The position numbers and the translations under genes were made by a program. Below are positions 29,401 through 39,550 of a DNA stretch of 64,000 bases, one piece after another. Every line of letters begins with the position of its first letter. Within the stretch, counting starts at the first letter, position 1. Source of the stretch: Limnochordia bacterium (GTDB lineage: Bacteria; Bacillota; Limnochordia; Darwinibacteriales; DTU012); contig SKJB01000015.1 of NCBI GenBank assembly GCA_007116145.1, positions 22,101 to 86,100 of the forward strand, in the 5' to 3' direction. Under the pieces are notes generated by a model. That model did not search any database. It was given only the letters and a program-made list of their open reading frames with translations, and had not been told where the DNA came from.

Positions 29401-29925
29401 TTAGTTTGCCAGAAGCCGTTTCTTCATTTGATCAAGCGAATGGGCTAGGCTGGCATTAATAACCTTCCCATTCATTTCAATTATCATACCTCCACCAATA
29501 TTAGGATCAACCGCACATGTTAGTGTAACTTGCTTACCTGTGTTTTGATTTAGCTGATTGGTTAAATCACGAAGAGTGTTCTCGATTAACGGAACGGCTG
29601 TCTTTACTTTAGCCATTATCTTGTTTTCGTCTGCATGCACGAGGGTGGTGAATTCATTGCTTATTGTTGATAGTAAATAGTCGCGACCCTTCTCCATGAC
29701 TAGTAATAAGAAGGTGTTTAATGGTGAAGACAATTCAAGGGCGGTAACAAGTTTCTGTTTCTCTAGTAGTGGCGTCTTTGGGTGTAACAAAAATTGCTTG
29801 ATACTCGGTTCACTAAAGGCCTCACATACATTCTGCAAGCTAATCTGAAGAGCGCTACGTGCTTTTGGAGGCGTAACCATATAAAGAGCCTGTGCATAAC
29901 GAACAGCTACATTCGATTCACTCAT
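29401..29925 (-). CDS. atpH: F-type ATP synthase subunit delta (OSCP)
   Basis: VAVRYAQALY N-terminus and C-terminal DPNIGGGMIIEMNGKVINASL, typical of delta. Its ATG overlaps the atpF stop (ATGA). Confidence 0.9.
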   Translation of the reverse strand: MSESNVAVRYAQALYMVTPPKARSALQISLQNVCEAFSEPSIKQFLLHPKTPLLEKQKLVTALELSSPLNTFLLLVMEKGRDYLLSTISNEFTTLVHADENKIMAKVKTAVPLIENTLRDLTNQLNQNTGKQVTLTCAVDPNIGGGMIIEMNGKVINASLAHSLDQMKKRLLAN

Positions 29926-30428
29926 TGTAGACCACCTAAATCCTGCTGATCAATTTTTGCGATGGCTTCTTTGATAAGGTCTTGATGCTTTTGTTGATCG
30001 AGAGATTCTTTCATGATTTTACTAGCTATAGCAAACGATAGCTGAATGACATCTTCCTTCAACTCATATCTTACCTTTTCTTTCTCGCGTGCTAGTTCCT
30101 CTAGTGACCGTTTCTGAATTGTGGCGGCCTCTTGTTTTGCTTTTTCTACTAATTCTTCATGCATTTGTTCACTACGCCGCATCGCTTGTTCTAAATACTC
30201 CTTTGCTTGGGTCTTACCTTCTACTAATTTAGCTTCAAAATCTAGTCGCATATTCTCAGCCGCTTCTTGTTGATCTTTCGCTGACTTAAGCTGATTTTCA
30301 ATGATAGCAGTGCGATCGTCGAGGAATTTGCGAACCGGTTTATAAAGAAAACGTTGTAGGAGGAAGACTAAGATTAGAAAATTAACGGTTTGGCTGAGCA
30401 ATAATTGTGGATCTATCAAATCTCTCAC
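29922..30428 (-). CDS. atpF: F-type ATP synthase subunit b
   Basis: One N-terminal TM segment followed by a long charged helix (LKSAKDQQEAAE...). The position between atpE and atpH fits. The start is uncertain by a few codons (GTG 30428 or TTG 30419). Confidence 0.88.
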   Translation of the reverse strand: MRDLIDPQLLLSQTVNFLILVFLLQRFLYKPVRKFLDDRTAIIENQLKSAKDQQEAAENMRLDFEAKLVEGKTQAKEYLEQAMRRSEQMHEELVEKAKQEAATIQKRSLEELAREKEKVRYELKEDVIQLSFAIASKIMKESLDQQKHQDLIKEAIAKIDQQDLGGLQ

Positions 30429-30467
30429 CCTTTATGTATAGTACGTACGAGTACAAAATTTTAGACG

Positions 30468-30493
30468 AATTGGGTGCATGTTTGCACCCAATT
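30468..30493 (-). promoter_or_regulatory. Perfect 11-bp intra-operon hairpin between atpE and atpF
   Basis: AATTGGGTGCA-tgtt-TGCACCCAATT lies immediately 3' of the atpE stop. No convincing U-run follows on the transcribed strand. It is more likely an mRNA stability or partial attenuation element than a full terminator. Confidence 0.5.
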
Positions 30494-30495
30494 GA

Positions 30496-31434
<939 letters not shown>

Positions 31435-31445
<11 letters not shown>

Positions 31446-31791
31446 GTTTTTTCCTCCTCAAAAATACCATTAGAAGTATTACAAACCTAGGAATCATTAT
31501 CCCAAAAAGCGTACCAAAAAAACTGACCAAAGGGTTCGTAATACCTATTCCTATTGTAACTGCATAGAGTAGATAGCGCTTAAAAAAACCTTTTCTTGCT
31601 TGGCGCTCCACATCTGTGTTTGCGCTTTTAAGAATAGCTGTGAGGTCAAGAGCTAAGAGACGAAAAACTAATGCTCCCATAAGCCCCCCTAAAAGCACTC
31701 CTAAGCTGATCTGTATCGAGCCAATCAGTGCAATAAAACTACATATAATTGTCGACACTAGAGAAGAGATGAAAATGCTATGCTCATCCAT
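31435..31791 (-). CDS. atpI: ATP synthase protein I (AtpI)
   Basis: 118-aa four-TM protein immediately upstream of atpB, overlapping it by 11 nt. Confidence 0.75.
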
Positions 31792-31805
31792 TGGATAATT
31801 CCTCT

Positions 31806-32030
31806 CTACTTTTGATCCAGATCATCAATGGAGATCTTCATGAGTAGTTGGTATGCAGCCCAGAGTCCTGATGCCGCTCCAAGAAAAATGAATAAAAATG
31901 TAAAAATAATCGTGGTACCAAGCAAACCATCTAGATAAACACCTAATACAGTGCTAATTAATATGGCAATGACGATTGTCATGCCAACTTGAGATATAAG
32001 TCCTAAGTATTTCCAGGGGTTATTGCTCAT
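31806..32030 (-). CDS. atpZ: AtpZ/AtpI-family small membrane protein
   Basis: 74-aa two-TM protein (YLGLISQVGMTIVIAILISTVLGVYLDGLLGT...) at the head of the atp operon. Confidence 0.75.
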   Translation of the reverse strand: MSNNPWKYLGLISQVGMTIVIAILISTVLGVYLDGLLGTTIIFTFLFIFLGAASGLWAAYQLLMKISIDDLDQK

Positions 32031-32197
32031 TCGTTTACCCTTCTCAAATAGTAATTATTTCACACCAAGCATAATTCAACATAACCTAATGATTTCCTTC
32101 TTTTGTTTTTTTGTTTTTTCCCAATATACCTGCAGGAGAATGTAGAGTACAAAGAGAAGCTGATGTAGGAATCATAGACGGAGAGGGTATTGCAATT

Positions 32198-33544
32198 ATG
32201 AATTTAACAGTAGGTTTAGTGTCGTTAGGTTGTGCAAAAAATTTGGTGGATAGTGAAATTATTCTTGGATATTTACAGAAAGATGGCTTTCAGATAGTGC
32301 ACGAGCCTATGGAAGCGCAAATATTGATCGTTAACACCTGTGGTTTTATCGGACCTGCAAAAGAAGAGTCTATCAATAGTATTTTAGAGATGGCTCAATA
32401 TAAAAAAACCGGTAAGTGTCAAGGATTAATCGTAACTGGATGCTTGTCGGGACGGTATAAAGAGGAATTACTTGACGAAATCCCCGAAATTGACGGACTG
32501 TTAGGAACCGAAGAGATGGATAAAGTACCGTTAGTGATTGCTCGGATTTTGGGCGGTCAGCGAGTTATGGAATTCTCGGATTCGTTCTTTGCGTATGATG
32601 ATCCAGGTGTAGAACGAGTGATATCAACGGGAAAACACTCAGCCTATCTAAAGGTTGCAGAGGGTTGTAATCATACGTGTGCTTTTTGTGTAATACCAAA
32701 AATTCGTGGTCCATATCGTAGTCGTCAACCCCAAGCCATTGTACAAGAAGCAAAGGAACTAGCAGCATCAGGCGTAAAAGAACTCATTGTTATCGCGCAG
32801 GATACAACGAAATATGGACAAGATTTAGTAGATACTTCCTTAGTTACGCTCTTAGACGAACTTGTACAGGTAGAAATTCCGTGGATACGCGTGTTGTACA
32901 CCTATCCAACATTTTTTGGCGACGAGTTGATAGCACGCATTGCAAACCATGATCGTGTAGTTAAGTATGTGGATCTTCCCCTACAACATGCAACACGTTC
33001 CGTTTTGCAGCGAATGGGTCGCCCTGGTAACTATGAGAGTCAACTAGGCCTCATTCAAAGAATTCGCCAGGCTGTTCCCAATGTTTATATTCGAAGTTCC
33101 TTTATTGTCGGTTTCCCAGGCGAAACAGACGAGGAGTTTGCTAAATTACTACAGTTTCTGCAGGAAGCAAAACTGAATCACTGTGGAATTTTTCAGTATT
33201 CCCGCGAAGAAGATACGACGGCAGCAAGTATGCCAAATCAGGTTAGTGAGGAAGTAAAGATGAAACGCTATCAACGGGCTATGGAAGTCCAACAAGAAGT
33301 TGCATTGGGGTATCAGAGAGCTTTAATCGGTCAAGAGATAGAGGTTCTAATTGAAGGTCCCTCACCAGAATCCGATTTGGTTTTGGTTGGCAGACATAGG
33401 GGTCAAGCACCTGGAGTGGATGGTGTTGTCTATATTGGTAACCAAATGGCAAGCCCTGGCGATCTCGTGAGGGTACGAATAATTGAAGCCCATCCCTATG
33501 ATTTGGTTGGAGAAATCGTGATGGGGGAGGGTATGCGTTCATGA
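32198..33544 (+). CDS. rimO: Ribosomal protein S12 methylthiotransferase RimO
   Basis: UPF0004 N-terminal domain (VSLGCAKNLVDSE), radical SAM motif CNHTCAFC and a C-terminal TRAM domain. ATG 32198 follows GGAGAGGG. Confidence 0.93.
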   Translation: MNLTVGLVSLGCAKNLVDSEIILGYLQKDGFQIVHEPMEAQILIVNTCGFIGPAKEESINSILEMAQYKKTGKCQGLIVTGCLSGRYKEELLDEIPEIDGLLGTEEMDKVPLVIARILGGQRVMEFSDSFFAYDDPGVERVISTGKHSAYLKVAEGCNHTCAFCVIPKIRGPYRSRQPQAIVQEAKELAASGVKELIVIAQDTTKYGQDLVDTSLVTLLDELVQVEIPWIRVLYTYPTFFGDELIARIANHDRVVKYVDLPLQHATRSVLQRMGRPGNYESQLGLIQRIRQAVPNVYIRSSFIVGFPGETDEEFAKLLQFLQEAKLNHCGIFQYSREEDTTAASMPNQVSEEVKMKRYQRAMEVQQEVALGYQRALIGQEIEVLIEGPSPESDLVLVGRHRGQAPGVDGVVYIGNQMASPGDLVRVRIIEAHPYDLVGEIVMGEGMRS

Positions 33545-34059
33545 AACTAGCAAATTGGTTAACGCTTTTTCGAATGCTTTTAGTGCCGATTTTTATGGCT
33601 GTGGTTTTAGCGAGAATACCTTACGGAGGGTTGGTTGCGGCAGGCGTTTTTAGTATAGCCGCTATTACAGATGGATTAGACGGGTATATTGCTAGGCAAC
33701 GTAAGGAAGTAACACGATTTGGGAAACTCATTGACCCAATCGCCGATAAATTGCTTATAAGTGCTGCACTTTTAAGTCTTGTAGAACTCGGTCAAATTAG
33801 TGCTTGGGTCGCCCTTATTATTATTGGCCGAGAGTTTGCAATATCAGGATTACGGATTTTAGCAGCTGCTGAAGGCGAAGTTATTTCTGCTTCAAACTGG
33901 GGTAAGCGTAAGACAGTTATGCAGATTGTGGCAACGATCGCGATTTTGCTACAAGTACCTGGTGGGGTATTTCTAATGTGGGTAGCTGCATTGGTAACTC
34001 TAGTCTCTGGAGTCGATTACTTCATCAATGCCCAAGAAATACTAAAAAAAACAATGTAG
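33541..34059 (+). CDS. pgsA: CDP-diacylglycerol--glycerol-3-phosphate 3-phosphatidyltransferase
   Basis: CDP-alcohol phosphotransferase motif DGLDGYIARQ...G...DPIADK. Confidence 0.93.
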   Translation: MKLANWLTLFRMLLVPIFMAVVLARIPYGGLVAAGVFSIAAITDGLDGYIARQRKEVTRFGKLIDPIADKLLISAALLSLVELGQISAWVALIIIGREFAISGLRILAAAEGEVISASNWGKRKTVMQIVATIAILLQVPGGVFLMWVAALVTLVSGVDYFINAQEILKKTM

Positions 34060-34164
34060 TTATATGTTATAATAGCAAGGTACCTTAGTAATCCCTATAG
34101 GGTACCTATTTTATGCATAAAAACTGACTTATGTAAGTAATAGTTATTCATATTAGATGAAAGG

Positions 34165-34707
34165 ATGACAACTATGGAATTTAAAGGGTTTCGGATTCGA
34201 ATAATAATCTTGGTTTTCGTTGTTGTTTTAGGTGTAGCTCTTAGTGGGCAAAAACTTACGCACAACCATCGAGTTATTACGCCCTTATTAACAGGATTTC
34301 AAAGTGTGGATGGAGTGGAGAAGGTCTTACTAGAAGAAACCCGAATCGGCGCTAAAATTATACTTGAATTAGCAGAGGTTAGTGATTTAGCATTGCTAAC
34401 TGGACATATTCGCAAACAAGCTAGTACCTTATCCATGCCTCACCAGCTCCTAATCCAAGATAAATCAAGTGTACGCTTAGATAGGATCTACCATGAGATG
34501 CATTTTGTGATCGAACAGGCAGTTGTAGTAGGGGACTTTCAGGATATGGCTAAAGTGGTGGCGCAAATTGCAGAGTTGTATACTATTTCTCACCAAATAC
34601 GCGTAGACAGCGACTATGTGTATGTACAACTTCATGATGATGGAAACTATTATTATCAAATTATTAGTCGATCTGGTGCACCAAAAATTCGCCGATTAGT
34701 CAGTTAG
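34165..34707 (+). CDS. Hypothetical membrane-anchored protein (no family recognised)
   Basis: 180 aa with an N-terminal TM segment (IRIIILVFVVVLGVAL). The next gene, the FtsH paralog, starts 13 nt downstream. Confidence 0.5.
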   Translation: MTTMEFKGFRIRIIILVFVVVLGVALSGQKLTHNHRVITPLLTGFQSVDGVEKVLLEETRIGAKIILELAEVSDLALLTGHIRKQASTLSMPHQLLIQDKSSVRLDRIYHEMHFVIEQAVVVGDFQDMAKVVAQIAELYTISHQIRVDSDYVYVQLHDDGNYYYQIISRSGAPKIRRLVS

Positions 34708-34719
34708 GAGTGATATACA

Positions 34720-36213
34720 ATGAAGTCCGCAGTGAAGGAGATCGTTGTAGGGTTAATTTTAGCGATTATCGTTCTCTTAGCTATTGAAGGTTTTGATGTT
34801 ACACCTTTTCTCTTCTTAGGTGCTATGGTATTTGTATTGCGCTTTATGATGGATAGCCGAACAAATTCTAAGCGTTTTGAGATGGTCGGTAGCCAAAGGG
34901 GTCAAGAAAATAGAATTCCTAAGGTGACCTTTGACGATATAGGGGGCCAGGAAGTAGCAAAGCGTGAATTTCAGGAGGCACTCGACTTTATGAAGTTAGA
35001 CACACAAGCTAGAGAATTAGGTATTCGCCCTCTAAAAGGAATCCTCTTAACAGGACCACCGGGAACTGGCAAGACCCTTATGGCCAAGGCGGCTGCTAAC
35101 TATACAGATTCAGTATTCATTGCTGCGGCGGGTTCACAATTTGTAGAAATGTATGCAGGTGTGGGCGCGCAAAGAGTGCGTCAATTATTTCAAAAAGTAC
35201 GTACTGATGCAGAAAAAGCTAACAAAGCCAGTGGAATTATTTTTATTGATGAAATTGACGTGCTCGGAGCCAAACGAGGACAGAATATGAGTCATATGGA
35301 ATATGATCAGACGCTAAACGAATTGCTAACCCAGATTGACGGCATCAAGGTTAATGATGAAATTCGAGTTCTTGTAGTAGGAGCAACAAATCGATCAGAA
35401 GTTTTAGACTCTGCATTGATGCGTCCAGGTCGATTTGATCGGATTGTTAATGTTGATTTGCCAGACAAAGCTGGGCGCTTGCATATTCTCAAAATCCATG
35501 CCAAAGGCAAACCGTTGGCAGACGATGTCGTACTTGAAGAAATCGCTTGGGAAACATTTAGTTTCTCTGGAGCGCATCTAGAGAGTGTGATTAATGAAGC
35601 TGCGATTCAAACTCTGCGAGGAAAGCGTAAACAGATAACATTAGCAGATCTGCGCGAAGCAGTTGAGAAGGTAATGCTTGGAGAGAAATTAGATCGAAAA
35701 CCGAGTTCCTCCGAAAAGAAGCGAATTGCCTACCACGAAACTGGTCATGCCATAATCTGTGAAAAAGCACTCAGCGGTTCTGTTTCGTCTGTAACGATTA
35801 CGTCTAGAGGTAATGCGCTCGGTTACATGCGTCAGAATTCGGATAGTGATCAGTATCTATATACGAAGGATGAGTTACTTGCTAGAATACAAGTATGTAT
35901 GGCTGGTGCTGTTGCGGAGGAACTTATATTTGAGCAACGTTCAACCGGAGCAATCAGTGATATTGAACAAGCAACGAAAATTGCTAAGCAGATGGTGTTT
36001 GCTGGTCTCTCGCCATTAGGTGTGGTTAGCACCGATTTACCAGCAGCTTTAGTAGCAAAAGCTGTAGCAGATGTGATTCGCGAACAAGAGAAGATTGTCT
36101 TTGGATATTTACAGAAAAGCGAAGCATGTTTACACGTTATAGCGAACGCTCTTCTTGAGAAAGAAAAACTCTCTGGTACAGATTTTCGGGCTTTATTCCA
36201 TAAGATTGCTTAA
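34720..36213 (+). CDS. FtsH-family AAA+ zinc metalloprotease paralog lacking the extracytoplasmic domain
   Basis: Two closely spaced TM segments with a loop of about 7 aa. Walker A GPPGTGKT, Walker B IIFIDEID, pore loop FVEMYAGVGA, SRH TNRSEVLDSALMRPGRFDR and zinc site HETGHAI. Only 497 aa long. Confidence 0.88.
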   Translation: MKSAVKEIVVGLILAIIVLLAIEGFDVTPFLFLGAMVFVLRFMMDSRTNSKRFEMVGSQRGQENRIPKVTFDDIGGQEVAKREFQEALDFMKLDTQARELGIRPLKGILLTGPPGTGKTLMAKAAANYTDSVFIAAAGSQFVEMYAGVGAQRVRQLFQKVRTDAEKANKASGIIFIDEIDVLGAKRGQNMSHMEYDQTLNELLTQIDGIKVNDEIRVLVVGATNRSEVLDSALMRPGRFDRIVNVDLPDKAGRLHILKIHAKGKPLADDVVLEEIAWETFSFSGAHLESVINEAAIQTLRGKRKQITLADLREAVEKVMLGEKLDRKPSSSEKKRIAYHETGHAIICEKALSGSVSSVTITSRGNALGYMRQNSDSDQYLYTKDELLARIQVCMAGAVAEELIFEQRSTGAISDIEQATKIAKQMVFAGLSPLGVVSTDLPAALVAKAVADVIREQEKIVFGYLQKSEACLHVIANALLEKEKLSGTDFRALFHKIA

Positions 36214-36222
36214 TTTATTAAC

Positions 36223-36253
36223 AACACCTCTGGTTGGTACCTGAGGTGTTTTT
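36223..36253 (+). terminator. Rho-independent terminator after the FtsH paralog
   Basis: AACACCTC / GAGGTGTT stem with a 12-nt loop, running into TTTTT. Confidence 0.75.
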
Positions 36254-36262
36254 ATGCTATAA
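36234..36262 (+). promoter_or_regulatory. Candidate sigma-A promoter of the malic enzyme gene
   Basis: TTGGTA (36234-36239), an 18-nt spacer, then an extended -10 TGCTATAAT (36254-36262), about 45 nt upstream of ATG 36309. Confidence 0.4.
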
Positions 36263-36308
36263 TATATTCAACCATTTTATATGGAATATAGCGAGAAGGA
36301 TTGGTCTC

Positions 36309-37556
36309 ATGGATCTACAAAAAGAATCACTAGAATTACACGCAAAGAATCAAGGTAAAATTGCTGTTAGCGGAAAAGTGCAAGTGAAAACGAAAGCAGA
36401 CTTAAGTTTAGCCTATTCTCCGGGAGTTGCTGAACCCTGTCGTGAAATTGCCAAAAATCCTAGCGATGTTTACAAATATACTGCAAAAGGAAATTTGGTT
36501 GCCGTGATATCTGATGGAACTGCAGTATTAGGTTTAGGAGATATCGGGCCATTAGCAGCATTACCGGTTATGGAAGGGAAGGCTTTGCTTTTTAAGGAGT
36601 TTGCTGGTGTTGATGGTTTTCCCATCTGTTTAGACACAAAAAACGTTGATGAAATTGTTGCACACGTCAAGGCCATAGCTCCGACGTTTGGAGGGGTTAA
36701 TCTGGAAGATATCTCTGGACCACGATGTTTTGAAATCGAACAACGGTTAAAAGCAGAACTCGATATCCCAGTATTTCATGACGACCAACATGGTACTGCT
36801 GTCGTAATGTTTGCTGGTTTACTTAATGGGTTAAAGGTTGTTAAAAAACAACTATCGGAGATTAAAGTAGTGATTCTTGGAGCAGGAGCCGCGGGAGTTG
36901 CGATTGCTAAATTATTGGACAATGCTGGTGTGGGAGAGCAAATTGTTGTTGATAGACAAGGTGCAATCTATGCCGATCGAGCTGGTCTGGATTGGAGCAA
37001 ACAAGATTTAGCTAGTTATACCAACTTAAACAAGCAAACAGGAAGCTTGCTTGATGTAATAGCGAACGCCGATGTATTTATCGGTGTGTCAGCTGCTAAC
37101 ACTTTTTCGCAAGAAATGGTTCGAGCAATGGCTGTAGATCCTATAATATTTGCACTCTCTAACCCAACCCCTGAAATTATGCCGGAAGAAGCGAAGGCAG
37201 GGGGCGCTAAGATTGTGGCCACTGGCCGTTCAGATTATCCAAATCAGATTAATAATGTGCTTGGGTTCCCTGGGATTTTCCGTGGTGCTTTAGACATTTT
37301 AGCGACGGACATAACAGAGAACATGAAGTTAGCTGCAGCAGATGCTATCGCAAAGCTGGTGACTGAAGATGAACTAACTGCTGAGTATATTATTCCTGGT
37401 CCCTTCGATCCTCGTGTTGCCCCATACGTTGCGGCAGCTGTCGCAGAAGCAGGAATCGCCGATGGTGTAGCTCGTCTGATTGTGGATCCAAAGGATGTAT
37501 TTACCCGCTGTCAGGAAGTTGCTAGTCTCTCTGATCATACCGCTCACAAACCGTAA
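36309..37556 (+). CDS. NAD(P)-dependent malic enzyme (short bacterial type)
   Basis: Motifs LAYSPGVAEPC, VISDGTAVLGLGDIG, FGGINLEDI-like (FGGVNLEDI), FHDDQHGTA, GAGAAG and NPTPEI. ATG 36309 follows AGAAGGA. The ORF track starts at 36234 inside the terminator. Confidence 0.92.
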   Translation: MDLQKESLELHAKNQGKIAVSGKVQVKTKADLSLAYSPGVAEPCREIAKNPSDVYKYTAKGNLVAVISDGTAVLGLGDIGPLAALPVMEGKALLFKEFAGVDGFPICLDTKNVDEIVAHVKAIAPTFGGVNLEDISGPRCFEIEQRLKAELDIPVFHDDQHGTAVVMFAGLLNGLKVVKKQLSEIKVVILGAGAAGVAIAKLLDNAGVGEQIVVDRQGAIYADRAGLDWSKQDLASYTNLNKQTGSLLDVIANADVFIGVSAANTFSQEMVRAMAVDPIIFALSNPTPEIMPEEAKAGGAKIVATGRSDYPNQINNVLGFPGIFRGALDILATDITENMKLAAADAIAKLVTEDELTAEYIIPGPFDPRVAPYVAAAVAEAGIADGVARLIVDPKDVFTRCQEVASLSDHTAHKP

Positions 37557-37597
37557 GTTCCTTGCATACTGTAGTAAGGGAGGTGAGTAGCAGGATA

Positions 37598-39055
37598 ATG
37601 CAAGTTATCTCGAATCAGAAATTAAAAGATTTGCTAGCGCAAGACCTAGTAACAATTCTCGATGTGCGAGAACACTATGAGTATCAGCAAGGTCATATCC
37701 CTGAATCTTTGTGGATTCCACTAAATTGTATAACCGATTGTTTAGATTTTTTTGCGCTCGATACCCCTATTGTGGTTATCTGCAATACCGAAAACCGTAG
37801 TGCTGCAGCTTGTCGCTTTTTAGCAGAGGCTGGATTTACGCATTTGTCCTATGCAATTCCTGGGATGAAGCATTGGGACGGTAACTTAGTCCGTGAAGAT
37901 TGTCCACCGCTTGAACGCGGCGAGATAATTAAATCCCAGATTTATCTAGATCATGCCGCGACAACACCAGTAGATCCTCAAGTTATGTCAGCGATGTGGT
38001 GGTGGTTAGCACAGGAATTTGGTAATCCGTCTAGCACCCACCTTCGAGGACGCAAGGCGAAAGAAGCTTTAACAAAATCACGGCAACAGGTTGCTTGCTT
38101 GTTAGGATCCCGTGAAAACGAAATAGTTTTTACTAGTGGTGGAACAGAAGCTGATAGTATGGCTTTGTGGGGCATTTTAGGGGCTTCTTCAGCTAAACGT
38201 CGCCGACTGATTACATCGGCCATCGAGCATTCTGCTATATTAGAGAATATCAAACCCCTAAAGCGGGCTGGGTATGATGTTACAGTTTTATCTGTCAATA
38301 ACGAAGGTAGGGTTTCTCCTAGTGTAGTTAGGGATGCTCTTGACACGGATGTAGCTTTAGTAAGTATTATGTATGCAAATAATGAAGTGGGTACCATAGA
38401 GCCTATTGTAGAATTAGCCAAATTAGCCCACGATTATGGAGCGTATTTTCATTGTGATGCAGTGCAAGCAGGAGGGGTGTGCCCACTTAATGTAGATGAA
38501 CTCGGTGTAGATGCATTATCCCTTTCAGCGCACAAATTCTATGGGCCTAAAGGTGTGGGGGCGTTGTATATTCGGCAAGAGGTACCTTTTGTACCAACGC
38601 TTTTTGGGGGTGGGCAAGAAGGTGGATATCGAGCTGGAACGGAGAATATACCAGGTATCGTTGGGTTTGGAGTAGCCTGCAGGTTGGCCATTCAGCGCTT
38701 AAGTCAGGTTGGAGTCCTCACACAACTGCGAGATTACTTTCTCAGTGAGTTAGCCAACATTCCAGGAGTATGCATTTATGGCTCTGTAGAGCATCGTTTG
38801 CCTAATAATTGTTATATTGGCATTCCTCATGGTACCGGTTTTCAAGCTGTTTTAGACTTAGATATGGCTGGCATTGCTTGTTCGAGCGGGTCTGCTTGTC
38901 ACGGGAGTAGACCATCGCATGTTCTCCAAGCAATGGGTGTGAGTATGCAAGCAGCAGAGCAAGGTTTACGTTTTAGCTTAGGTTGGAAGACGACGCAAAC
39001 ACAGGTTGATCAGACTTTATATGAACTTAAGCGCTTATTAAAAAAATATGCTTAA
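37598..39055 (+). CDS. Rhodanese domain fused to a class V cysteine desulfurase (NifS/IscS-like)
   Basis: The N-terminal ~100 aa form a rhodanese domain (ILDVREHYEYQQGHIPESLWIPL; active-site loop CNTENRS). A desulfurase follows, with IYLDHAATTP, the PLP Lys in SAHKFYGPKG and the catalytic Cys in SSGSACHG. Confidence 0.88.
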   Translation: MQVISNQKLKDLLAQDLVTILDVREHYEYQQGHIPESLWIPLNCITDCLDFFALDTPIVVICNTENRSAAACRFLAEAGFTHLSYAIPGMKHWDGNLVREDCPPLERGEIIKSQIYLDHAATTPVDPQVMSAMWWWLAQEFGNPSSTHLRGRKAKEALTKSRQQVACLLGSRENEIVFTSGGTEADSMALWGILGASSAKRRRLITSAIEHSAILENIKPLKRAGYDVTVLSVNNEGRVSPSVVRDALDTDVALVSIMYANNEVGTIEPIVELAKLAHDYGAYFHCDAVQAGGVCPLNVDELGVDALSLSAHKFYGPKGVGALYIRQEVPFVPTLFGGGQEGGYRAGTENIPGIVGFGVACRLAIQRLSQVGVLTQLRDYFLSELANIPGVCIYGSVEHRLPNNCYIGIPHGTGFQAVLDLDMAGIACSSGSACHGSRPSHVLQAMGVSMQAAEQGLRFSLGWKTTQTQVDQTLYELKRLLKKYA

Positions 39056-39379
39056 TAGGATTGCGGTAATCCCTGCAGCCATCACTGGGCCCACGGACAC
39101 CCCACCAAAAAATGATACAGAAACAACGACAACAATTAATATGCCAGGAATTACTTCTGGTCTGAGTTTAACAAGATCGATACCTTGACCATTGAGATAT
39201 GCTCCAAGTAACCCTCCAACAATCGCAAAGAGGCCTATAGGAGAAATAAGAGTATGGATGATGTCGTGGGGGGTTATTTTACCTGTCGCAAAGGGAGTTA
39301 ATAGCGATACAGTTAGGAATAATAACCCTAATTCGATCCCTCGCCGTTCTAATAAGGGGTAGAACTGATCGAAATTCAT
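39038..39379 (-). CDS. DUF441/UPF0756-like membrane protein (short form)
   Basis: 113 aa with Gly-rich TM segments resembling the C-terminal two thirds of UPF0756 proteins. Its 3' end overlaps the convergent desulfurase gene by 18 nt. Confidence 0.65.
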   Translation of the reverse strand: MNFDQFYPLLERRGIELGLLFLTVSLLTPFATGKITPHDIIHTLISPIGLFAIVGGLLGAYLNGQGIDLVKLRPEVIPGILIVVVVSVSFFGGVSVGPVMAAGITAILLSIFF

Positions 39380-39550
39380 ATGAGTAAAGGAACGATATTA
39401 TTCAAGACGATTCCCCCTCGATACGTATCACAATATAGACCCCGCCTAGGAACCTGCTTCAAAAGCCTTCTTTAGTGGAGCCATGCTATCGTTTGCTCTG
39501 TCGGGAGCTAGGTGACTTATTAGCTAGTCATACAATTTTATTCAAACGAT

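Noticed and set aside
34064-34114. Extended -10-like TGTTATAAT (34066-34074) followed by a hairpin AGGTACC...GGTACCT after pgsA
   Set aside because: There is no -35 element. The hairpin has a large loop and a weak T-run. It could be a pgsA terminator or a leader element, but the evidence is too thin for a feature call.
39038-39379. DUF441 gene as a 5'-truncated pseudogene
   Set aside because: It is shorter than my recollection of UPF0756 proteins. However, the frame is open and starts with ATG, and I cannot verify family length without a database. I therefore left it as a CDS.
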